Below are positions 55,835 through 64,000 of a DNA stretch of 64,000 nucleotides, piece by piece. Made by a program: the position numbers and the translations under genes. The stretch's first letter is position 1. Each line of letters begins with the position of its first letter. The notes beneath the pieces were generated by a model. The model was given only the letters and a program-made list of their open reading frames with translations. It did not search any database and was not told the origin of the DNA. The DNA is from Kofleriaceae bacterium (GTDB lineage: Bacteria; Myxococcota_A; Polyangia; Haliangiales; Haliangiaceae), in assembly GCA_046597055.1 (NCBI GenBank), contig JBKJLC010000013.1:1-64000 (forward strand), read 5' to 3'.

Positions 55835-56830
55835 ATGAACAAGCTCATCTCGGCAGCGCTCATCGCGGCCACGTCCCTGCTCGCCGCGTGCGGCGACGAC
55901 AGCCCGGCCGATCCCACCGACAGCCCCGACGCCGCGGTCGCGCGGTCGATCGTCGGGACCGCCCAGGCCACCCCGTCGCTGTCCACCCTGGTGGCCGCGG
56001 TCACCTTCGCGAGTGACAACGGCGATCTCGTCAACCTCCTGAACAACCCCGGCACGCTGACCGTGTTCGCCCCCGACAATGGCGCGTTCGACGCCCTGGC
56101 CGTCCAGCTCACCGGCAACGCCGGGGCGACCGGCGCCGATCTGCTCACCGCCGCCAACAAGCCCCTGCTGCGCGCGGTGCTCCAGTACCACGTGCTCACC
56201 AGCGAGGTCGGCTCGAGCGCCATCCCGTTCGGCCGGCCGATCACCAGCGCCGAGGGCAGCATCTTCAAGATCGACAGCGGCAGCCCGCCCGTGATCACCG
56301 ACGGCCGCAATCGCACCGCGCAGATCACCGCCACCGACATCGACGCCTCCAACGGCGTGGTCCACCTGATCGACCAGGTGATCTTGCCGGCCGACAAGAA
56401 CATCGTCCAGACCGCCCAGGCGGCGGGCGCCGGCGCCGCCCCCCAGTTCACGATCCTCGTCGAGGCGGTGGTCGCGGCCGGGCTGGTCGACACCCTCAGC
56501 GGGGCGGGCCCGTTCACGGTGTTCGCGCCGACCGACGCGGCGTTCGCCGCCCTGCTCGCCGAGCTCGGGGTCACCAAGCAGCAGCTGCTGGGCAACCGCG
56601 CCCTGCTCACCCGCGTCCTGACCTATCACGTGGTCCCGGGGCTGGTCCTCAAGGCTCAGGTGCCGGTGGGCGCGTCGATCACGACCGTCGAGACCGGCAA
56701 CTTCACGGTCGACGCCAGCCTGAAGATCACCGACGAGAATGGACGTCTGTCAGGGATCGTCGGGACCGACATCCTCACGTCGAACGGCGTGATCCACGTG
56801 GTCGACAAGGTGCTGCTGCCCGGGTCGTGA
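55835..56830 (+). CDS. fasciclin (two FAS1 domains) lipoprotein
   Basis: Lipobox LAAC; TVFAP..AF, L.YHV, NGV.H.ID.V.LP twice. Confidence 0.95.
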   Translation: MNKLISAALIAATSLLAACGDDSPADPTDSPDAAVARSIVGTAQATPSLSTLVAAVTFASDNGDLVNLLNNPGTLTVFAPDNGAFDALAVQLTGNAGATGADLLTAANKPLLRAVLQYHVLTSEVGSSAIPFGRPITSAEGSIFKIDSGSPPVITDGRNRTAQITATDIDASNGVVHLIDQVILPADKNIVQTAQAAGAGAAPQFTILVEAVVAAGLVDTLSGAGPFTVFAPTDAAFAALLAELGVTKQQLLGNRALLTRVLTYHVVPGLVLKAQVPVGASITTVETGNFTVDASLKITDENGRLSGIVGTDILTSNGVIHVVDKVLLPGS

Positions 56831-56907
56831 TCACCGACGGCCGACCGGCCTGGGGTCAACGTGCGGCGGTCCCAGCGCGGAGGCTGCCGCGAGCGCGCAA
56901 CACTCGC

Positions 56908-57795
56908 TCACCTCGTTGGCTTCGGCGCCGCGACCTCGACGAACGGGACGGCGCCGGTCCCCATCATCTGCGGCAACGACCCGTCCCACCTCTCGAGCGC
57001 CTTGTAGTTGACGTACGCCGGAGTGATCGAGGCGGCGACCGTAGTGTTGAAGTACGCCTCGGCATCGGCGCTCAGCTTCTTGGCTGCCGCGAGGCCCTGC
57101 GCTTGCGCGACCAGCTGCTTGGCCTCCGCCTCGGTCTTGCGGACCTGGGCCTCGGCCTTCTGCGACTCCTGGATCATGGCGACCTTGGCGTTGATCGCCT
57201 GGACCACCGCCTCCGGCACCCGGGTCTCGTTGACCGTGAACTGCTGGACCACGAACCCCTCGGCGCCGAGACGTGAGCCGAGGAAGCTCTGCACCTCGAT
57301 GCGGGTCTCCTCGCGCTTGGTCGAATAGAGCTGTTCGGCGGTGAACTGGGCGAAGACGCTCTGCAGCCCTTCGCGGATCGTCTGCCGGATGAAGTTGTGC
57401 GAGATGTGCCGGATGTCGTTCCGGTACTTGGTGTAGATCGCTGGGACCTTGGCCGGGTCGAGGGTGAACGAGAGGGACACGTCCATGTTCACCGGCAGGC
57501 CCTCCGACGACGTCACCGTGATCGACTCGTCGATCGGGCGCCCCTCGTTCATGTCCTTGGTGAGGATCAGGGTCTGCACGTTGGTCGGGTACTCGACGAC
57601 CTGCTCGCAGAGGACGTTCCGCCAGTAGTAGCCAGTCGGGATCGGGTTGGGCGAGACCCCGCCACCGCCGCACTTTCGCACCGAGACACCGACGTGGCCG
57701 GGATGGATGGTGGACAGCGACGCGGTCAGGACGGTGCCGGTGACCAGCACCACGGCGACGGCGACGCCGACCGCGATCTTTCGGTTGGTCTGCAT
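56908..57795 (-). CDS. SPFH/band-7/prohibitin family protein
   Basis: N-terminal TM, PGHVGV, AINAKV coiled coil, ERWDGSLPQ. Confidence 0.9.
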   Translation of the reverse strand: MQTNRKIAVGVAVAVVLVTGTVLTASLSTIHPGHVGVSVRKCGGGGVSPNPIPTGYYWRNVLCEQVVEYPTNVQTLILTKDMNEGRPIDESITVTSSEGLPVNMDVSLSFTLDPAKVPAIYTKYRNDIRHISHNFIRQTIREGLQSVFAQFTAEQLYSTKREETRIEVQSFLGSRLGAEGFVVQQFTVNETRVPEAVVQAINAKVAMIQESQKAEAQVRKTEAEAKQLVAQAQGLAAAKKLSADAEAYFNTTVAASITPAYVNYKALERWDGSLPQMMGTGAVPFVEVAAPKPTR

Positions 57796-57907
57796 CGTTT
57801 CTACATAAGGCGCAGCGTCGCGCCTCGCCAGCCCCTGGCAGCTCTCCACGCGTATAGATCGCGTCAAGATTTCGCGGCGCTGATCGAGCGCCTCTGCGGC
57901 TGGCGGC

Positions 57908-59365
57908 TCAAGGCGGCGAAGCCGGTGCAGCCGGTGCGGGTCGAGCTACCGTTCGGGCGGGCTGGGCTCCCACGCCCGTGCTGGCCTGGCCAGATAGCAA
58001 CACGGGAACACCGACACCGCCGGGTTCCTCGAGGAACCCGGGCCGTGGGCCGATCCCGTCGCCACCGGGCGCGGGCTCGCCGGTGGGCCGGCGGTCGATC
58101 CGCGACCGGACCACGAGCGCCCAGAGCAACAGCACGCCGTTGAGGCCCGCCATCAGCACGAACGGCCCCGTCGGCGACCAGCGATCGAACAGGTGGCCGC
58201 CGACCTTGGTCGCGACCAGGATCCCGAGCGCGCCGAACAGGCTGAACACCCCCAGCACCGCGCCACGGGACGCGGCCGGCGCCTGCTGACCGATCAGGAC
58301 CTGGCTGGTGATCAGCGCGCTGATCTCGCCGACGCCGACCAGGCAGACGGCTGCGATCATCGCGCCGCCGGTCGGATCGGTGACCAGGCCGACCGCGCCG
58401 TACCCGGCGGTGGCCAGCGCCAGCGCCACGCACAGGGCGCCGACCCGATCGAGCCGATCGGCCAGGTAGCCGATCACCGGCGCCCACACGAACGCGGCGG
58501 TCTGCGAGATGCCGGCGATCATGCCGCCGGTGGCGAGCGCATCGGCCGCGCTCATCCCGTGCAAGGCGCCGTGGCGCTGGGCCCACAGCGTCAGGAACGT
58601 GCCGACCACGACGAGATCGCCGCGCGAGACGAACGCGGCCGCGTACGCGAGCGCGACCACCGGATCGCGGCCGGCGGCGAAGCCGGCCCGGGCCATGGCC
58701 AACAGGCGCGGCCGGGTCGCGACCGGCTCGGGCTCGCGCCTGACCAGACCGCGCGCGACCAGGAGCGCGGCCAGCACGCACAGGCCGGCGACGGCGCCAT
58801 AGGTGATGCGCGCGGCCACCACCGGCGTCATCCCGCGCCCGGTCAGGATCGCGGGCAGGCGGGCCAGCACGAACAGGGTCACCAGCACCCCGAGCCCGTT
58901 CATGATCCCCATCATCCCGGTCGCGCGGCCGCGATCGGGCTCGGCCGGGTAGTCGGCGATCACCGCGCCGAGCATCGCGGTGACGCACGCCGCGCCGACC
59001 GCGTAGACCGCACGCAGCGCGGTCAGCTCGCCGACCGTGCCCGCCATCGGGTACAGCACGTACGCGAGCCCGAGCACCATGAAGCCGGTCGCGTAGATCG
59101 CGCGCCGCCCGATCCGGTCGGACAGCACCCCGGCCGCGAGCACGACCGCGATGATCACCAGCTCGCTGACGAAGCCGAGGTGGCCGGACACCCGGCCCTG
59201 CTCGCCGAGCGGCACGTGCAGGAGCTCGCCCAGCACGAACGGCTGCGCGAAGTTCATGAACGTCATCAGGCCGGTCGACGCGAGCGCGGCGACGTAGAAC
59301 GTCACCATGGCGCGACGCGTGATGCCCGGGTTCAACCGGACCCGTCCGAGGCGGGCGGCCGGCAT
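57908..59365 (-). CDS. MFS transporter
   Basis: GVLSDRIGRR, GYLADRLDR, about 12 TM. Confidence 0.92.
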   Translation of the reverse strand: MPAARLGRVRLNPGITRRAMVTFYVAALASTGLMTFMNFAQPFVLGELLHVPLGEQGRVSGHLGFVSELVIIAVVLAAGVLSDRIGRRAIYATGFMVLGLAYVLYPMAGTVGELTALRAVYAVGAACVTAMLGAVIADYPAEPDRGRATGMMGIMNGLGVLVTLFVLARLPAILTGRGMTPVVAARITYGAVAGLCVLAALLVARGLVRREPEPVATRPRLLAMARAGFAAGRDPVVALAYAAAFVSRGDLVVVGTFLTLWAQRHGALHGMSAADALATGGMIAGISQTAAFVWAPVIGYLADRLDRVGALCVALALATAGYGAVGLVTDPTGGAMIAAVCLVGVGEISALITSQVLIGQQAPAASRGAVLGVFSLFGALGILVATKVGGHLFDRWSPTGPFVLMAGLNGVLLLWALVVRSRIDRRPTGEPAPGGDGIGPRPGFLEEPGGVGVPVLLSGQASTGVGAQPARTVARPAPAAPASPP

Positions 59366-59367
59366 GG

Positions 59368-60735
59368 TCAGTGGGTGAACACGTAGACGATGTTGTCCTC
59401 GTAGCCGGTGACCACGGTCTCGCGGTCACCGTCGCCGTCGAGGTCGGCGATCGTGACGCCGCCGGCCTGGCCGAGCCCGGCCTGCAGCACGTGGCTGGCG
59501 AACTGCCCGGGCGCGGTCTGCTCGAGGAAGTAGACGTTCTCGTCGCCATCGCCGGACACCACCAGATCGGCGTCGCGGTCGCCGTCCATGTCGCCGACGC
59601 CGAAGATGCCGGGTGCGCCCATCCGCGCGAAGCCCATGTTGGCCCGCGACACGATCGTCGAGGAGATCTTGGTCTTGGTCCACGGCTGGCGCGGATCCGC
59701 GCCGGGCGTGAACACCGCGATCGCCGACTCCGGGTCGGTCGTGACGCTGGCGGTGTTGGTGTGGTTGGCGCCGACGTACCGGCGCACGCCGTCGCCATAC
59801 AGGTCGTCGACCGCGGTCATCATGATCGCCGCGCCCATGTCACCGTTGACCGTGTGGCGGGTCCAGGTCCCGGCCGGCGCGGCCGACGACGGCGCGCCGG
59901 TCCGCTCGAACCAGACGAACGACGGGGCCACGAAGAACTGCGCGCTGGCGACGTCGAGGTCGCCGTCGCGATCGACGTCGACCGCCCGCGGGTAGCTGCC
60001 GCCGCCGGCGCCGATGACCCGGGCGGTGGTCTCGAACCGGACGCCGGTGGTGATGCCCTTGAACCAGCGGGTCGACGCGCTGCCGCCCCCGGGTCCCCCG
60101 GCCGCCTCGCCGGTGGTCAGCAGATCCTTGACCCCGTCGCCGTCGAGATCGACCAGCGTGACGTGGTGGTAGAACATCGTGTCGCCGAGCGGGACGACGT
60201 CACGGCGGATCCAGCCGGCCGCGGTCTGCTCGTACCAGCCGAGGCCGCCGCAGGGCTGGCCGCCCGGGACCGCCTGGCAGACCAGGAAGCCCGACGGGAC
60301 GAACACGTCGAGGTCCAGATCGCCGTCGACGTCGGCCAAGGTCGGCTGGCCCGGGTACTTGAGGTGGGCCGAGGGCGGCACGATCGACGTCTTGGTCCAG
60401 GTCGCGAGGTCGGCGCCGCGCGTGTACATCGCCACCTCGCCGTCCGGGATGACAGGCCCGGCCATCACGCCGAAGTGCGAGACCACGACCTCGACCCGAC
60501 CGTTGCCGTCGAGATCGCCGACCGCCGCGTAGGCCGGCCCGGTGGCGGTCCCGTCGATCGTATGACGGCTGAACGTGGGCGTGGCCGCGTCCGGACTGGC
60601 GTCAGGACTGGCGTCGGCCGCCGGCGCGTCGGGTGGCGCGGCGTCGAGCGACGCCGCGTCGGTAGAATCGGAGTCGCCATCGCCGCAAGCGGCAACGACG
60701 ACCAGCGTGGTGACCAGGAACCCCAGATGCTTCAT
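59368..60735 (-). CDS. FG-GAP/VCBS-repeat lipoprotein
   Basis: Lipobox AAC; repeated DLDGDG..D motifs. Confidence 0.9.
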   Translation of the reverse strand: MKHLGFLVTTLVVVAACGDGDSDSTDAASLDAAPPDAPAADASPDASPDAATPTFSRHTIDGTATGPAYAAVGDLDGNGRVEVVVSHFGVMAGPVIPDGEVAMYTRGADLATWTKTSIVPPSAHLKYPGQPTLADVDGDLDLDVFVPSGFLVCQAVPGGQPCGGLGWYEQTAAGWIRRDVVPLGDTMFYHHVTLVDLDGDGVKDLLTTGEAAGGPGGGSASTRWFKGITTGVRFETTARVIGAGGGSYPRAVDVDRDGDLDVASAQFFVAPSFVWFERTGAPSSAAPAGTWTRHTVNGDMGAAIMMTAVDDLYGDGVRRYVGANHTNTASVTTDPESAIAVFTPGADPRQPWTKTKISSTIVSRANMGFARMGAPGIFGVGDMDGDRDADLVVSGDGDENVYFLEQTAPGQFASHVLQAGLGQAGGVTIADLDGDGDRETVVTGYEDNIVYVFTH

Positions 60736-60768
60736 AGAAACTCCCTGCGCAGACTTTGTTGACCAGGC

Positions 60769-61479
60769 TCACCAGGGGTGAGACTGGCGATCGCGAAAAA
60801 ACCCACCGTGCGGCCCGCCGTCGGGCGCGGTGGCCAGCCAGACAATCGTGTCGGCGCCGTCGGCGGCCGAGCGGGGCGCGCCGTCGCCGCCGAGCTCGGT
60901 CCGGCACCAGCCGGGCGCGGCGGCGTTGATCAGCACACCGGTGCCGGCCAGCTCGGCGGCCAGGAACACGGTGACCGCGTTGAGCGCGGCCTTCGAGGTG
61001 CGATAGCCGAGCGTGGTGCCGGTGGTGGCGCCGGTCAGCGCGCCGAGCTCGCTCGACACGTTGACGACCCGGCCCCAGCCGCGCTGGACCATGCCCGGCA
61101 CCAGGCGCTGCGCGCACGCGAGCGCGCCGACCACGTTGGTGTCGAGGGTGCGGCGGACCACGTCGAGCCCGACCTGCAGGCCGGGCACGAACTTGTCGAG
61201 CGCGACCCCGGCGTTGTTCACCAGCACGTCGACCGCCCCGCGCTCGGCCTCGATCGCGGCGGCGGCGGCGTGGACGCTGACCGGATCGGTGACGTCGAGC
61301 AGGCAGCCCGAGACCTCGAGCCGCTCGCCGCGCAGCACGCTCACCGCACCGTCGAGGTCGGCGCGCCGACGGGCGCCGATCACGACGTGCAGCCCGGCCC
61401 GGGCCAGGCCCCGCACGACCTCGAGCCCGATGCCGCGGTTGCCGCCGGTCACCAGCGCGGTGCGGCCGGCGGCGGTCAC
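60769..61479 (-). CDS. short-chain dehydrogenase/reductase (carbonyl reductase-like)
   Basis: TGGNRGIG, NNAG, NVSS, YRTSK, PGWCRTELGG. Confidence 0.95.
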   Translation of the reverse strand: MTAAGRTALVTGGNRGIGLEVVRGLARAGLHVVIGARRRADLDGAVSVLRGERLEVSGCLLDVTDPVSVHAAAAAIEAERGAVDVLVNNAGVALDKFVPGLQVGLDVVRRTLDTNVVGALACAQRLVPGMVQRGWGRVVNVSSELGALTGATTGTTLGYRTSKAALNAVTVFLAAELAGTGVLINAAAPGWCRTELGGDGAPRSAADGADTIVWLATAPDGGPHGGFFRDRQSHPW

Positions 61480-62459
61480 GGTGCCGTCCCCTGCAGGTTG
61501 GCGCCCAGCACCAGCTCGCCTGCCTCCCAGCCCAGGTGACCGTAGACGGTCTGGCGCCGGCCGCTGGCGTACAGCTCCCACACCACGGCGAGGCCATGAT
61601 CGTCGTCGATCAGGAAGTCGCGGCCGCGGATCCGCAGGGCCTGCCCGAACCCGTGCAGCGACGTGTACAGCGCGCGGCCGTAGCCACGGCCGTTGCCCCA
61701 GAGATCCGGGCCGTCCCAGGTGTGGCGGTCACCGACCCGCGAGCGCACCGCCCGCCAGCGCGCGGTCACCGCGCCCTCGAGCGTGATCGTGGTCTCGGCG
61801 CGCAGCAGCGACAACGGCCGGTGCTCGATGCGCGCGGCGGTGACGCCGATCCGGGCGCCGTCGTGGTCGTGGACCACGAGCTCGCCGGTCCACTGGCCGG
61901 CGTGCTTGAACGGCAAGACGTGGCTGCGCGCACCGGCCACCCGCTCGGCCGCACAGAACTCGTCGACCGCGGCGGCATCGGCGGGATCCGTCAGCTCGCC
62001 CTGGCGGTAGAGGCCGTTGAAGACCGCGACCAGGGTCGGCCCCTCGTGCAGCAGCGACGAGTAGACCTGCCGCCGCGCGCCGTCGGGCAGGGTCACGACG
62101 TGGACCTGCGTGCGCAGATCGGCCTGCCAGCCCGGCGCGTAGTAGTGCGCGTCGACCACGTCGCCGCACGGTTGCCCGGCCCCGACGAAGTCGGGACCGA
62201 GGTAGATCCGGTCGCGCTCGCCGTCGCGCACGCCGAACGCGAACGAGCCCGCCTCGAGCCGCGCCCGGAGCGGGCCGCGCACGTCGATCGAGGTCGCCAT
62301 CGTGTACAGGGTGCCGCCGTCGATGGCCGTGCTGGCCCGGCTGACCTTCATGTGGCCGACGTGGACGCCGTCGGCGTCGAACACCGACGGCACGCCGTGC
62401 CAGTCGCCAGCGATCTGGCGCTGCCAGGCGGACGGTGCGGGTTGAGCAGGTGCGGTCAT
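61476..62459 (-). CDS. uncharacterised two-domain beta-barrel-like protein (paralogue 3)
   Basis: AGDWHG and AGQWTG motifs; beta-rich; 4-nt overlaps with neighbours. Confidence 0.75.
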   Translation of the reverse strand: MTAPAQPAPSAWQRQIAGDWHGVPSVFDADGVHVGHMKVSRASTAIDGGTLYTMATSIDVRGPLRARLEAGSFAFGVRDGERDRIYLGPDFVGAGQPCGDVVDAHYYAPGWQADLRTQVHVVTLPDGARRQVYSSLLHEGPTLVAVFNGLYRQGELTDPADAAAVDEFCAAERVAGARSHVLPFKHAGQWTGELVVHDHDGARIGVTAARIEHRPLSLLRAETTITLEGAVTARWRAVRSRVGDRHTWDGPDLWGNGRGYGRALYTSLHGFGQALRIRGRDFLIDDDHGLAVVWELYASGRRQTVYGHLGWEAGELVLGANLQGTAP

Positions 62460-63307
62460 GATGGTTCTCCCTCGGGGTGAAGGCTGAGCACGTCGATCGC
62501 GTCGACGCGCTGGTCGCGGAGGTGGCGGCGGATCGCGCACCGGGTGCGCGTCGCGGGATCGACGACCTCGAGCATCTCGAGCCCACGCCCGCTGCCGGAC
62601 GCGAGCTCGAGCTCGAGGACGTGGCCGTAGCGCAGCCCGGCCCCGGTCAGCGCCTCGGCGCCGGCCCGGGCCTGGGCCCGGCAGCGGCCGCTGCCCGGCT
62701 CGGCCGCGAGCGCGAGGGTGAGGGTGGCGCCGTCGCTGGTGGACTCGTGCCAGCACCCGGCATGGTCGAGCTGGCCGGTCACGCCCGCCTCGCCGCGCGG
62801 CGCGCCGTCGGGGCCGAGCCGGCGGATCACGCCGCGCCAGGTGGTCGGCAGCGGCCGGGTCGCGGCGGGCAGCTCCGGCGCCACCGCCGGGACCCCGACC
62901 CCGGCGATCAACGCCAGCAGCCCGGGTCCGGTGGCGAACCGGCCGCCGGTGAGCTGACGATCAGGCGCGATCAGGAACGCCCACGACGTGAACGTCCAGC
63001 CGAGCGCCGGCCAGCACCCGCGGCCCATCATCGCACCGCCGCCGAGCGTGAGCCCGTGGCCGATCACCGCCGGGCCCAGGTAGCGGCGGTGGGCGCCGTC
63101 CTTGCGCAGCACGAACTCGTGGTGCCCGGCGAACCGCGCGAGCGGGTGCGCCGCCAGCGCGGCCTCCGGCTGGTTGTCCTGGATCACGCGGACCGCGCCG
63201 TCGGGCTCGGCCTGCAGCCGACGCACCTGCGTGATCGCGCCACACCGCCGGCCCTCGCCGTCGAACACGGTCTCGCGCACGTGCCACGCGCCGCCGAACG
63301 GATCCAT
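62456..63307 (-). CDS. uncharacterised two-domain beta-barrel-like protein (paralogue 2)
   Basis: GGAWHV..VFD..G and YLGP shared with the neighbour. Confidence 0.7.
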   Translation of the reverse strand: MDPFGGAWHVRETVFDGEGRRCGAITQVRRLQAEPDGAVRVIQDNQPEAALAAHPLARFAGHHEFVLRKDGAHRRYLGPAVIGHGLTLGGGAMMGRGCWPALGWTFTSWAFLIAPDRQLTGGRFATGPGLLALIAGVGVPAVAPELPAATRPLPTTWRGVIRRLGPDGAPRGEAGVTGQLDHAGCWHESTSDGATLTLALAAEPGSGRCRAQARAGAEALTGAGLRYGHVLELELASGSGRGLEMLEVVDPATRTRCAIRRHLRDQRVDAIDVLSLHPEGEPS

Positions 63308-63310
63308 CGA

Positions 63311-64000
63311 TCAGCCCGGCTCGAACCGGAGCACCCCGTGCTGGGTCCCGATCCGCTCCTGCCCGCGGTAGATGTTGTGGACGACCGCCTTGACGGTGCC
63401 GTCGTGGCTCACGACCTCGCGCCGCCACCAGCGCAGGCCGGTGCCCAGATGATGGAGCTGACCCGACAGCGCGCGGCCGCCGGCCAGGCTGTACGAGCCG
63501 CACAGCGGGCCGGGCCCGGACCACGCGCTCCAGCCGTCGGTCACGAACGTCGCCGCGCTCGGCTCGGGCGCGAGCAGGCCGCCGTCGAGGTGCAGGTGCA
63601 CGCGCTCGCCGTCGCGCTCGATCCGCTCTCGATAGGCGGCCTCGCCGGTCGGGGTCAGGCCGCCGTCGGTGGTGACCAGCCGGCCGGTCCAGCTTCCGCG
63701 CCGGTGCACGAGCAGCTCGCCGCGGCCCGCGGCCGGATCGGCGGCCAGATCGATCGACGCTCCGTCGACGAACCCGGGCACCAGCGGCGCGTCGCCGTCG
63801 GCGCACGGCCGGACCCGGTGGTGCTCGCCGACCACGACATAGACCAGCTGCTCGCCGCGCGACAGCAGCGCGAGCGACAGCTGCCGCTCGCCGCCGGGCA
63901 GCACCATCAGGAAGAACCGCTGGGTCAGCCCGACCGAGGTCCAGTAGTGGTCGGCCTGGACGACGTGCTCCCCGAGCGCCTCGGCGAAGCCCTGGTTGAG
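63311..64000 (-). CDS. uncharacterised beta-barrel-like protein (paralogue 1; 5' end outside window)
   Basis: Frame open to the window edge; VLPGGERQ, RGSWTG.L motifs shared with 61476-62459. Confidence 0.75.
   Translation of the reverse strand, partial: LNQGFAEALGEHVVQADHYWTSVGLTQRFFLMVLPGGERQLSLALLSRGEQLVYVVVGEHHRVRPCADGDAPLVPGFVDGASIDLAADPAAGRGELLVHRRGSWTGRLVTTDGGLTPTGEAAYRERIERDGERVHLHLDGGLLAPEPSAATFVTDGWSAWSGPGPLCGSYSLAGGRALSGQLHHLGTGLRWWRREVVSHDGTVKAVVHNIYRGQERIGTQHGVLRFEPG

Overview
Very GC-rich window that looks like a myxobacterial (Myxococcota-like) chromosome segment. That assignment is inferred from a MYXO-CTERM-like tail, several Ser/Thr kinases, an FHA-sigma54 activator and PEGA/TPR and FG-GAP lipoproteins. 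It holds about 60 genes: pntAB; a 13-kb cluster of stress-type membrane genes and two-component proteins with several sigma54-like promoters; bcp; an Old Yellow Enzyme; MFS transporters; large surface proteins; prs; an imuA-imuB pair with a LexA-like box; two kinase/TPR/lipoprotein modules; an ECF sigma/anti-sigma/fasciclin locus; and an operon of three paralogous uncharacterised beta-barrel-like proteins that runs off the right edge. I found no rRNA, tRNA, CRISPR array or transposase. The most notable signals are: (1) one ECF-type promoter motif, TGCATCC-N16-CGAAC, present three times, which links the sigma factor, the fasciclin and a Ser/Thr kinase operon; (2) a lipoprotein C39 peptidase coupled to a Sec-exported double-glycine precursor; (3) the triple paralogue operon; (4) a family of REP/REPIN-like palindromic repeats; and (5) several orphan 3' gene remnants. 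All product calls come from reading motifs by eye; no database search was run. Start codons are best estimates.
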